NCBI GenBank assembly: GCA_020348925.1
Contig: CP070758.1
Coordinates: 886,469 to 950,468 of the forward strand
Origin: Gemmatimonadota bacterium
Lineage (GTDB): Bacteria > JBHIER01 > G020348925
Direction of reading: 5' to 3'
Length of the DNA: 64,000 nucleotides
Of this stretch, positions 52,751 through 62,319 are shown one piece after another; within the stretch, counting starts at the first letter, position 1, and every line of letters starts with the position of its first letter. The notes beneath the pieces are model-generated. The model did no database searches and was not told where the DNA came from. It saw only the letters and a program-made list of their open reading frames with translations. The position numbers were made by a program, and so were the translations under genes.

Positions 52751-53710
52751 TCAGTAATAGGAGTCCTCTTGAATATCCTTTTCAATCCATCTCTTCGTGA
52801 TTTCGAGTCCTTCCTCAAAGGCCATTTTTTCCTTGAAACCCAGACCTTCGATCTTTTCGGTGTCGGGAATGGGTCTCAAATTTTCACCCTGCCTCGCCGG
52901 AGCGTACACAGGCTCCATCTTCTCCGAGGCGTACTTCTCAATAATCATCTCCGCCAAATCTTTCACGGTGACCCTCGCCCGCGAGGCAAGATTGTACACC
53001 TCGCCAACCGTATCCTCCTGAAAGGCAACGAGTATGTTGGCATCGACGTTGTCCTCGACGTATGTGAAACAGCGAATCTGCTCCCCGGTCCCGTAAATGA
53101 CCGGGGGCTCGCCTCCCAACACCCTTGACAAAAAGATATTGACGACGCCGGCTTCCCCATGATAATCCTGGTGAGGACCGTATACATGAAAGTACCGCAG
53201 AACACTCACCCGGACCCCGAACTCTCTGGCGTAGAACAGGCAATACTTCTCCGCCGTCAATTTACTGATGCCGTAAAGTGTCGTGGGTTCAGGCAGATGA
53301 TTTTCCGGCATGGGCTTATCCGCACTCCCCAGAACAGACCCTGTCGAAGCGTGAATGATGCGCACGTTCGTGCCTTTGGCCGCCTCCAGAATATTGAACG
53401 TGCCGACGATATTGGTTCCCAGATCGATGCGTGGCGTCTTGAGAGAGACCACCAGCTTCGAAGCAGCTTCGTGAAAAACGACATCGCTCTGCTTGACCAG
53501 CGGTTGGATCACTTCGACATCACGGACATCCCCCGGTATGATCTCAAGCTTTTTGTCGCGAGCCACGTTTCTCAGATTCTTATGCTTCCCCGCAACGAAA
53601 TTGTCAATGACGATGACCTTTCTCGCATTCTCTTTCAATGCCCGCATAACAATATGACTGCCGATAAATCCGGCTCCTCCCGTCACAAGCACGGTAGCAT
53701 CAGATAACAT
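52751..53710 (-). CDS. NAD-dependent nucleotide-sugar epimerase/dehydratase
   Basis: VTGGAGFIGSH, YGISK, LRYFHVYGP, G.GEQ.R.FTYV.D. Confidence 0.93.
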   Translation of the reverse strand: MLSDATVLVTGGAGFIGSHIVMRALKENARKVIVIDNFVAGKHKNLRNVARDKKLEIIPGDVRDVEVIQPLVKQSDVVFHEAASKLVVSLKTPRIDLGTNIVGTFNILEAAKGTNVRIIHASTGSVLGSADKPMPENHLPEPTTLYGISKLTAEKYCLFYAREFGVRVSVLRYFHVYGPHQDYHGEAGVVNIFLSRVLGGEPPVIYGTGEQIRCFTYVEDNVDANILVAFQEDTVGEVYNLASRARVTVKDLAEMIIEKYASEKMEPVYAPARQGENLRPIPDTEKIEGLGFKEKMAFEEGLEITKRWIEKDIQEDSYY

Positions 53711-53735
53711 ACACGAACCTCCACGTCATAGCGAA

Positions 53736-56180
53736 TTAAAATATTTCATACCCAGAAAAATAGACATCGGCTTGCCTCTGCATCCTCCCGACCAAATAAT
53801 CCTGAGGAAGAGGAACATCACCTTCCCTCGGTACGGTCCATAGAACTCTCTGTTCACCGGATTCGTCTGTACTGGCGTAATACCCGCCCACATGTTTGAG
53901 CTCCAAGCGGATACGATACTGACCTGACTGGAGCCCTCTCCGTGTTGAAAGATCATCATACCGCAGTCTCCGGCCATCGTAGAACGAGGAGACCGTCCTG
54001 ACGCTCCTCAAGGGCGTCACCTTGCGCAGGCGATTGTCCGCTTTCTCCCGCTGGCTCAGAGACGCCCAGAATTTCCAACGCGACGTCTCAAAGGGGGTAC
54101 GGGCAAATGAAGGGCCATCGAAAACATCCCCTTGCGTTGTCCCATAATCCCCATACACGATGAGATAGTTTCTCTTGCCGCCAATCGCACCTTCCAAATG
54201 CAGCTCGATTTTCAGGGGCTGACGAGGATCGATGAGATGTATGTCGAAGGGGATGGTGAACCACTGGCGAAAGTCCTCCTCCCCATAGACATCCGTCGAA
54301 AAGTTCCTATTCCGGTTTTCAGCCGCAGTTTGAAAAAGCTCCGGGTGCACGTTATTTTCGAATTTTACGCTGTCGGAGGTCAATCCCCCCGCATACCGCT
54401 TCACCACGGTGCCATTCACTTTGAAAACGACATCATACTCTTTTCCCAAACCACCCAGCATATCCACCTTCAGGGCAGATTTTTCAAACTTGCTCAAATC
54501 GAGATCCGACGGGAGTGTTATTTCCTGCACGATCCTTTCGTCGCCGTGGTCCAAAAGAGCCTCCCACTCGTGCCAATTTCTATCGTTCAAGCGCCAGCCA
54601 ACGAACGAAAGAGAATAGAGCATGATGGGCAATAGGGATGCCAACAGGATGTTCCCTTTGATCTTTCTCCACCTGTATAATTCGTGCAGGGCGATCCCAG
54701 AAACAATGAGGGCACCCAGCCCCAGCAGCGTCGTGCAATGAAACACGAACCGAATCGACGAAAAGGAAAGAAGTGAAAACAGCACACTGGTCTTCAATAC
54801 GAAAAACAGGATCCACAATCCGATGAGCGGTATCACAATCCGGACAAGCCCGCGTGATTTGAAAAGCGCCCACCCCTCTTTTCTGAAACGTTCGGAGCAC
54901 CTCTTCAGGACACCCAGGAAAAATGACATCTGGAACACGGCGAAGATGATGATGAAGGGCATGGAGGGGACGTTGAACCGATGTTCATATCCCAGCGTCA
55001 AGTAGATTCCAATACTGTATACCACCGGTACGGCCATCAACAACGCGTTTCGCCAGTCCCGACAAAACAGCGACAGAAAGAATCCCAACAGGCCCATAAT
55101 GACGATGAGGCGATGCCAATGGAGCATCGGGGGAAGCGTTATCAGGCTCGTCCTCATTGGGGTTCGATAGGCGGGCTCACGCCACAAAAATGACGAGACT
55201 CCAATTCTGAGTATGACGGATTCGGCGAAGCGTTCCTTGACGAATGTCTTGACAGCTTTCGAACAGGCCTCATTATAGTCACTCGAGACCTGAAACGCTT
55301 CGCGAAGCTCTCTGGTATGGACCGCTCCGGGATAATCGGTGTGATACCCCTGGACATGGAGGTTGGAACCACGATAGAGAAGATCGCCCCCCTGCCTCGA
55401 ATAGCTCCCGATCAGGGGTGTTCCAACGATGAGGCTGGTCAGGATCATCCACAGGACCAGACACAAGAAAAACCCGGCCATGAAAAGTCCTGTCAATCTC
55501 TTCCAATTCTTGGTGTGACTTTTCCACAGAAAAAGAATCCCCACAACTCCAAAGAATATGAAGGAATACTTGAACGCCGCCCGTGCGAGTATCAAGAAAA
55601 AAATGGATGCGCCAAAGAGTGCATATCGCTTCCCATCCGTTGATGGGAACGTTGCCAATCCGATGTATACGACGGCAAGCACCATAAACACGGCAATCGG
55701 CTCCGACAGGATTGTCCCATCTATGTGGAGTAACGGTGTGTAAAAAATCGCAATAAGTGCGGAAAACAGACCGACTCTGTGGGAAAAGACCTGCCTCCCT
55801 ATGAGGTAGATGAGAACCATGGATAACGACGACAGGAGCATGTGGAAGATATGAATGGTGAGCAGACTGTTCCCGAATATCAGAAAGAGGACACCGAAGC
55901 TGAAACTGACCAGGGGGCACCGGAAGAATCCCTTGGCATCGTTGTTCATCCCCAGTTCCGCCCGCTTCTCTTCATCCAGTTCCCCCTTGAGGAGCGGCAG
56001 TCCCACCTGGCTGAAATTTTGAACAATCGTCTTGAACCCAAGGGCTCCGAGATCATACCACCTGGCGTCCCCGGACAGTGGTCGCTGTTCAATATTTCCG
56101 TCAGCCAGATAGGCCGCTCGTATTCCCACGGACAGGGTAAACAGTATGACTATGTATGGAAGGACTTTTTTCGACACCAT
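53736..56180 (-). CDS. Large GT-C (GT39/ArnT-like) glycosyltransferase with C-terminal extracytoplasmic domain
   Basis: GDARWY, FRCPL, ILSEP, EHRFNVP; many TM segments plus a ~280-aa soluble tail. Confidence 0.75.
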   Translation of the reverse strand: MVSKKVLPYIVILFTLSVGIRAAYLADGNIEQRPLSGDARWYDLGALGFKTIVQNFSQVGLPLLKGELDEEKRAELGMNNDAKGFFRCPLVSFSFGVLFLIFGNSLLTIHIFHMLLSSLSMVLIYLIGRQVFSHRVGLFSALIAIFYTPLLHIDGTILSEPIAVFMVLAVVYIGLATFPSTDGKRYALFGASIFFLILARAAFKYSFIFFGVVGILFLWKSHTKNWKRLTGLFMAGFFLCLVLWMILTSLIVGTPLIGSYSRQGGDLLYRGSNLHVQGYHTDYPGAVHTRELREAFQVSSDYNEACSKAVKTFVKERFAESVILRIGVSSFLWREPAYRTPMRTSLITLPPMLHWHRLIVIMGLLGFFLSLFCRDWRNALLMAVPVVYSIGIYLTLGYEHRFNVPSMPFIIIFAVFQMSFFLGVLKRCSERFRKEGWALFKSRGLVRIVIPLIGLWILFFVLKTSVLFSLLSFSSIRFVFHCTTLLGLGALIVSGIALHELYRWRKIKGNILLASLLPIMLYSLSFVGWRLNDRNWHEWEALLDHGDERIVQEITLPSDLDLSKFEKSALKVDMLGGLGKEYDVVFKVNGTVVKRYAGGLTSDSVKFENNVHPELFQTAAENRNRNFSTDVYGEEDFRQWFTIPFDIHLIDPRQPLKIELHLEGAIGGKRNYLIVYGDYGTTQGDVFDGPSFARTPFETSRWKFWASLSQREKADNRLRKVTPLRSVRTVSSFYDGRRLRYDDLSTRRGLQSGQYRIRLELKHVGGYYASTDESGEQRVLWTVPREGDVPLPQDYLVGRMQRQADVYFSGYEIF

Positions 56181-56335
56181 GCCATCTCTCGAATTCCGCT
56201 CTCCAAAACGCTCAAGTGTTTCCGCCGGGTGTGCCGTGACAAATACCTTGGGGAGCTTCCAGCCTCACGTGTTTTTTCTCTCGCTTATTAAGGTGACTCC
56301 GCACTTCACAAAACGATGTCATTCCGCCCGCCGCT

Positions 56336-57514
56336 CTATTTCAGCAGGGCCAGCACCTCCTCCTGCCTCGGCCCTGTGACAATGACCTCGTTGTCGTACG
56401 AGACGTAGACATCGATCTCCGAGCGCACGCCGAAGTCCTCCAGATAGATGCCCGGCTCGATGGAGAAGCAGTTGCCCGGTGCGATCTTGCGCTCGTCCTT
56501 GGTTTCGAGATTGTCGATATTGACGCCGTTGCCGTGGACCTCCTCGCCGATGGAATGGCCGGTGCGGTGGGTGAAGTACTCGGCGTAGCCGGCATCTGTG
56601 ACGACCTTGCGGCAGGCATCGTCCACCTCCCAGCCGTAGACGTCCTGGCCGGACCCGAAGCGCTCCTCCAGAAAGCTGACGGCCCGGTCCCGGGCACTCT
56701 TCACAATATCGAACACCTTGGCCTGCTTTTCCGGCACATCGGAACCCACGTACCCCATCCAGGTGATGTCGAAATAGATGGCCCTAGGCCGGTCCATCTT
56801 GGCCCACAGGTCGATAAGCACCAAATCGCCCTCTCGAATCGGATGTGTATTCTCAATCGTTGGCTCGAAGTGCGGATCGGAGGCGTGCTCGTTGACGGCC
56901 ACAATGGGATCATCGGCCCAGGCCATGCCGTTCTCCTTATACTTCTCTAACATCATCTGCTGGATCTCGTATTCCGTCGGTGTCTGGCCGGCCTTGACCC
57001 GGCCGGCGATCTCCCCGAAGGCGAATTCGCAGATGGCGTGCATCACTTTGCCCGCCTCGAGGTGGCTGTCATACTGCTCCTGCGTCAGACGGGCCTCGAA
57101 CTGCTGCACCAGATCGGCGCTGGAGACCACTTCGACGCCGAAGCTCCGCACCAGGTCGATGGTCCCCCCGTCCACCAGGGAGACGTAGGGTATAGCGTTC
57201 ATGGGCGAATACTGCATGGCCACCTTTTTGGCTCCACCCAGCATCTCCCTGAGCAGCGTATGCTGCTGCGGCCAGGGCAGGTAGATCTGCTTCTCACCGG
57301 GAAGCGAATCCAGTTTCCCTCTCTCGATACTGTGGACCAGTTTTCTCGGCCCGCCCTCGGCCGGGATGAAGTAGTACCAGCGGCGGGTGGCCATGGCCTT
57401 GGGGTCCAGGCCCAAGATACTGGCGGCAATGGGATCGCGATTGTGGAAATCGTAGAAGAGCCAGCCATCGAAGCCATACTCTTTCAAGGCGTTTTGAATA
57501 GCTGCAAGGTCCAT
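56336..57514 (-). CDS. M24 family Xaa-Pro aminopeptidase
   Basis: LIDLW, DITW, FTHRTGHSIG, FSIEPGIY, GVRSE. Confidence 0.92.
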   Translation of the reverse strand: MDLAAIQNALKEYGFDGWLFYDFHNRDPIAASILGLDPKAMATRRWYYFIPAEGGPRKLVHSIERGKLDSLPGEKQIYLPWPQQHTLLREMLGGAKKVAMQYSPMNAIPYVSLVDGGTIDLVRSFGVEVVSSADLVQQFEARLTQEQYDSHLEAGKVMHAICEFAFGEIAGRVKAGQTPTEYEIQQMMLEKYKENGMAWADDPIVAVNEHASDPHFEPTIENTHPIREGDLVLIDLWAKMDRPRAIYFDITWMGYVGSDVPEKQAKVFDIVKSARDRAVSFLEERFGSGQDVYGWEVDDACRKVVTDAGYAEYFTHRTGHSIGEEVHGNGVNIDNLETKDERKIAPGNCFSIEPGIYLEDFGVRSEIDVYVSYDNEVIVTGPRQEEVLALLK

Positions 57515-57779
57515 AGAATCCTCCTTATACGTATGATGAGACGTATTCTCTTCAATGAAAACAAAATTGAAATATACCCTCTAAACCCCTACGAGCAAAG
57601 GATTTTTTTAAGAATTTACAATTTCTATAGGAAAAACTTCGGCCGACAGGGAAAAACCCTTGACTTGTATCGAAGCATTTCATATTCTTTTAATCAATTC
57701 ACACGACACAAGACATCCGTGACTCATTTCTATTCAGTGGAGGCCGACGATATGGACCACTCCAATACATGACGCCGAA

Positions 57780-58065
57780 AAGCCGCAGTTGGCAGACTGT
57801 CAGTGCGACTCCGGTTTCGATCCGGGGAAACCACCACTTGAAGTCACGTTTACTGATAAATCTTATACGGCTGCAATCCAATGGGACTGGACTTTTTATC
57901 CAGGCACACCAGCCGAAGCGAAAGGACAAGGACCTCATACAGTGAAATAGGACAGGCCGGCTGAATACGATGTCTCGCTGAGTATATTATCTTCTGTGCC
58001 AGATGATTCTATCCCACAGGGAGATATAGAAATCAAAAGGAAATATATTAAAGTGACAGCAAATA
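57780..58065 (+). pseudogene. Decayed PKD-domain gene remnant
   Basis: GKPPLEVTFTDKS...WDWTF.PGTP....GQGPHTVK*DRPAEYDVSL...KRKYIKV with an in-frame TAG and upstream frameshifts; TTGACT-N17-TATTCT promoter at 57660-57688. Confidence 0.65.
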
Positions 58066-58521
58066 ACTTTAACGATGTGCGAAAAATGGAGAGTCACATC
58101 TTCGATCTTTCATTCTGTCACGCATTGCATTGGATTACGTAAAAAAGGTCGGTCTGGGACTCAGCAATGAATCGGGATCAAACCTCAAGAAAAAAACAAG
58201 GATATATTGTTTGCCAGGTGTTGCGTGATAAGTGCTTTGAGATTCATTCCCAGTATCCCTCGAAACTCGGTCCTCATTTCACTTGAAATTTTCGAAAATG
58301 CGAGTTTTTTTACCTCTATCGGAAAATAGAAGCGTGTATTTTCCGATGGAAACGGAAATTCGTCTTCAGGCGCATGATGGCTTCAGGGAAACACAAAACA
58401 TTCAGGATACATCAAGTGTTGCTCCAGAGTCACAAAAACCATTTGCTTTCCCACAAAATCTTCAATATTTTTGATGCTCATTCATTTTATGCAACCGTTT
58501 CACTTTTACAAGGAGGGTATC

Positions 58522-60189
58522 ATGTCCAAACGGATTGCGATTGAACTTCTGTTACTGGCCCTTTTGGGACTGATGGTCGGTGTTGCGCCTTTGTGGGCGC
58601 AGTACAAGGCCGATGTGAAACACATCACCGGCCAGCTCAAAAAGTTGGCCCCGGTGACGATCTCCTATGACGAATCTATTCTCTCGGCTGAGGAGAAGAA
58701 GGTCATCGCCAAGCTCGTCGAGGCCTCCCGCATTATGGACGAAATCTTTCTGCACCAGGTCTACAGTAAAAATATGAAAATACGGGACGAACTGGCCACA
58801 TCCAAAGACCCCAGCGACTCAAAGGTGCTGGAGTATTTCACCATCATGTTCGGCCCCTTCGACCGCCTCGACGAGGACAAACCGTTCCTGGGGACGGAGA
58901 CGAAACCTCTGGGCGCCAACTACTATCCGGAGGACATAACCAAGGAGGAGTTCAACCAATGGCTCGAGGACCATCCTGAAGATCGAGAGGCCTTTGAGGG
59001 GACCTTCACCGTTATCAAGCGCCGGGGGAACAAACTGGCCGCCGTCCCCTACTCTGAAGAATATCGGAAATGGCTTGAGCCTGCGGCGAAAATCCTCAAA
59101 GAGGCAGCTCAAATCACCTCGGATGCCTCTTTGAAAAAGTACCTCAACTCCCGAGCCGAGGCGTTCTTATCCAACGACTACTACCAGAGCGACATCGACT
59201 GGATGGACCTCAAAGGTTCCATCGAAGTCGTCATCGGACCGTACGAGGTCTACGAGGACAATCTCTTCGGCTACAAGGGTGCTTTTGAGTCCTTCGTCAC
59301 CGTGGTCGACCCGGTGGAGAGCGAACGGTTGGCGACTGTGGCCAATTATCTCAACGACATGGAGCGCAACCTGCCCATCCCTGACGAGCACAAAAATCCC
59401 AACAGAGGGGCCTCCTCCCCGGTCAAAGTCGTACAGGAAATCTTCACCGGCGGTGACACCAAGGCTGGCATTCAGACGACGGCCTTCAACCTGCCCAACG
59501 ACGAGCGGGTCCGGGAGGCCAAGGGCAGCAAAAAGGTCATGCTCAAGAATGTATCCCAGGCCAAGTTCAACAATTCCTGGATCCCCATCGCCGACGTCGT
59601 CCTGGATCCCGAGCAGCGCCAGGAGGCCTCCTTCGACGCCTATTTCACCCACGTCCTCCTCCATGAGTTCTCCCACGGCCTCGGACCCGGCAACATCACC
59701 CTAACCGACGGCACCCAGACCACCGTCAACAAGGCTCTTCAAGACACCTATTCCACCATGGAAGAGGCCAAGGCCGACGTTCTTGGGAATTACAATTTTC
59801 AGTTCCTCATGGACAAGGGCGTCTATCCCAAAGACTGGGAGCGGACCGTCTACATCTCCTACCTGGGCGGCATGTTCCGCTCCATCCGTTTCGGCATCAA
59901 CTCCGCCCACGGACGGGCCAACATGATTCAATTCAACTACCTGTTGAACAAAGGCGCTTTTCTCTACGACGAAGGGACCGGCCGGTTCAGCGTCGATTTT
60001 AAGAAGATTAAGAATGTGGTGCGTGATTTAGCTCAAGAGCTGCTCATGATCCAGGCCCAGGGTGATTATGAAGGTGCCAAAAGGTTTATCGACACATACG
60101 GAAACATGACACCTGTAATGGAGGCCACCTTGGCGAGGCTCTCCCACGTCCCCATCGACATCAAGCCCATCTACGCCATCGCGCAATAG
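58522..60189 (+). CDS. Secreted M49-like (dipeptidyl-peptidase III / NUDT3-like) metallopeptidase
   Basis: Signal peptide; GPYEVYED.LFG.K..FE, AFNLPNDERV, HEFSHGLG, EEAKAD, RSIRFG..AHG. Confidence 0.9.
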   Translation: MSKRIAIELLLLALLGLMVGVAPLWAQYKADVKHITGQLKKLAPVTISYDESILSAEEKKVIAKLVEASRIMDEIFLHQVYSKNMKIRDELATSKDPSDSKVLEYFTIMFGPFDRLDEDKPFLGTETKPLGANYYPEDITKEEFNQWLEDHPEDREAFEGTFTVIKRRGNKLAAVPYSEEYRKWLEPAAKILKEAAQITSDASLKKYLNSRAEAFLSNDYYQSDIDWMDLKGSIEVVIGPYEVYEDNLFGYKGAFESFVTVVDPVESERLATVANYLNDMERNLPIPDEHKNPNRGASSPVKVVQEIFTGGDTKAGIQTTAFNLPNDERVREAKGSKKVMLKNVSQAKFNNSWIPIADVVLDPEQRQEASFDAYFTHVLLHEFSHGLGPGNITLTDGTQTTVNKALQDTYSTMEEAKADVLGNYNFQFLMDKGVYPKDWERTVYISYLGGMFRSIRFGINSAHGRANMIQFNYLLNKGAFLYDEGTGRFSVDFKKIKNVVRDLAQELLMIQAQGDYEGAKRFIDTYGNMTPVMEATLARLSHVPIDIKPIYAIAQ

Positions 60190-60217
60190 AACTTTTTGCT
60201 ACACATAGTTTTCAGAC

Positions 60218-60250
60218 AAACGCCCCGTCACAAGCGGGGCGTTTTATTTT
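60218..60250 (+). terminator. Intrinsic terminator
   Basis: aaacgccccg-tcacaag-cggggcgtttt-atttt. Confidence 0.85.
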
Positions 60251-60377
60251 CCCCGGAATGCTAACCTGGATACTTCATAAAATAAAAGTAAACTCAACGT
60301 AACATGAATATATTTATGGAGTTAAAATAAAGATGCATTTTTACATTTGTTCCATGGCATGTTCGGCGATTACAGAC

Positions 60378-60479
60378 CATGTCATTCCGAGTTTATGCCG
60401 GAATCTCCTGACTAGAAAGTATGTTGCGTTAAGGGAGGAGATTCGGGCACTCCGGCCGTAACGACAGTTCATGAATAAA
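60378..60479 (+). repeat. Dispersed palindromic intergenic repeat, copy 2
   Basis: Aligns end to end with 17351-17456. Confidence 0.8.
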
Positions 60480-60745
60480 GCAGGCTAATATGCATCGGAA
60501 AAAGAATTTCTTAAAATACTGCTTGACTTGGTTACTCATTAGTGACTATTATTATTCAAATTTGTGTAAGATGTAACCTCGTAACAAGGAGGTGAACTCC
60601 TCGGATATATAAACAGCCTTAATATTTCTCCGAACACGACGAACACCATCGAATAATTCTTATATGACTATTTTCGTCGATACCGTCCATCTTTCAAATT
60701 TTATTAGATTTGAAGCTGAGCGATTCATCAGACCAAAATACCGGA

Positions 60746-60858
60746 TGTATCATTCTGAATCCCGAATCGAGTTCGGGACAGGCTCCGCAGCGCAAAGTGA
60801 TGAATATCATTCATAAGGCAAGAGATTCTTCGCCCGATACATCGAGCTCAGAATGACA
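60746..60858. repeat. TCATTCTGA...CTCAGAATGACA palindromic REP/MITE-like element
   Basis: Terminal inverted tcattctga / tcagaatga; internal hairpin tcccgaa-tcgag-ttcggga; gagattcttcgc motif. Confidence 0.6.
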
Positions 60859-60909
60859 TCGAAGTCACATTGTCAGTCAGGAATCCCTCAATTTAGGCGA
60901 GAGTAAGAT

Positions 60910-62283
60910 ATGTTTCCCAGCAAGTATACGAACACTATTGATATCCGGGATTTCGATTGTGATTATGATTATGTTGTCTATAACTCTCTGACCGGATATG
61001 TCTCGATGATTGACCGGACGTGCTATGATATAGTAAAGGAAGTAGAAAACGATTCATCGGCTGGAGGGCATATTTCGAAATTGGACGAAGGCAGAAGCAC
61101 TTTTCTGACATCACGCGGGTACATTTTAAGGCACGCACAACAAGATACCGATACTCTGATAAAACTTACTTCCTTTATTGAGACGTTAAAGAACAGTTAC
61201 GAACAATTCAGCATCGTCTTTTATCCAGCGGAAAAGGATTCGGCCTGTGCGCAAGAAAAGCTCACCGCCATCTTCAATACAATTGCGACACTTGCGACTT
61301 CAAAGAATCTCGAAAGATATTTCTTCCACTTTTGGGCCTTTCATGACATTGAAACCCTTCTCTTTGAGGCCTCAGTGAGAATGCTGAAAAATGTCATAGA
61401 TCAGGAACTGGCGCTGAGACAATGCGAAAAACTGTACATCACCCTTCATTCCAACGGAGTTGAGAATCTGAATTTTCATCAGCTGACACCTCTCAATACC
61501 TCGAAGGTGCTGAAAATCTTTGTTGACTGTTCGATAGTGAAAGAATTTCATCATCCGAACGACTATGTTAGCCGCGTTAAGGATACTATTAAACAGGCGG
61601 CCGAAGTCGGATTTGAAACGCGTTTATATTTTATCATTACTGAGGAAAATAAAACTTTTGTTCTGAACGATCTGCTGGACCGGTTTGTTGTCGGCGGATT
61701 ATTTCCCTGGACCATTTATCGATTCTATGTCTTACCCTTTAAAGAGGAAAGGCACAAAGCCAGAATCATGTGCGATATGAATGTTACCCATTGGTCATCC
61801 CTGGGCTCACTTATTCGAGATATGGCCGAAACGCCCAAGTATCACTTGACTTCCTTGTTCGGAGGAGGAGTTATATCAAAATTTCAGTTCCTCCTGAACA
61901 ACAGGGAGCGGTTGCTTCCGGACGTTTACTACTGTCCTTATATTCAAAACTCCTACGTCTTCGACCTGGACGGGAACATCTTTTCATGCCCTGAAGCGTG
62001 TTATGCTCGAGAACAGCCCGAGCACACACGAGTAGGGACATATATCCCCAAGTTGATGGTAAAGAAAAAAAGGTTGCATGTGTGGCGAGATCGAAAGGTT
62101 ACAGAGTTGAAAAAATGTATGGATTGCTGCGACGCTTTCATCTGCGCAGGCGGATGTCCCTACGAATCGCTCAGAGCGAAAGGGAATCCGTATGAAACAG
62201 AATGTCAGCCTGTAAGCAAAATCCTCCGAACAGGCATAGCGGCACATCTGAACTCTTTCCTGAGTGATTTTGGCCCCAGGTAA
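60910..62283 (+). CDS. Radical SAM/SPASM-like protein lacking the CxxxCxxC motif
   Basis: N-terminal YVVYNSLTG...LTSRGYI (RRE-like); SPASM C...D.DGNIFSC...VG...CMDC..AFICAGGC...C; no CX3CX2C and no GGEP. Confidence 0.8.
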   Translation: MFPSKYTNTIDIRDFDCDYDYVVYNSLTGYVSMIDRTCYDIVKEVENDSSAGGHISKLDEGRSTFLTSRGYILRHAQQDTDTLIKLTSFIETLKNSYEQFSIVFYPAEKDSACAQEKLTAIFNTIATLATSKNLERYFFHFWAFHDIETLLFEASVRMLKNVIDQELALRQCEKLYITLHSNGVENLNFHQLTPLNTSKVLKIFVDCSIVKEFHHPNDYVSRVKDTIKQAAEVGFETRLYFIITEENKTFVLNDLLDRFVVGGLFPWTIYRFYVLPFKEERHKARIMCDMNVTHWSSLGSLIRDMAETPKYHLTSLFGGGVISKFQFLLNNRERLLPDVYYCPYIQNSYVFDLDGNIFSCPEACYAREQPEHTRVGTYIPKLMVKKKRLHVWRDRKVTELKKCMDCCDAFICAGGCPYESLRAKGNPYETECQPVSKILRTGIAAHLNSFLSDFGPR

Positions 62284-62319
62284 TAGTAGTTCTTCTTGAG
62301 ATAGGATTTGATTGAAATC

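Noticed and set aside
21359-57947. Genome-wide TAG recoding, suggested by two in-frame TAGs
   Set aside because: TAG is the evident stop of several complete genes (9453, 15266, 24139, 45443, 60189). The two internal TAGs replace different residues (Leu, Tyr), each by a single base change.
60664-60816. 50-codon ORF (MTIFVDTV...) as the RiPP precursor
   Set aside because: It has no SD, its second half lies in a palindromic repeat element, and it shows no leader/core character.
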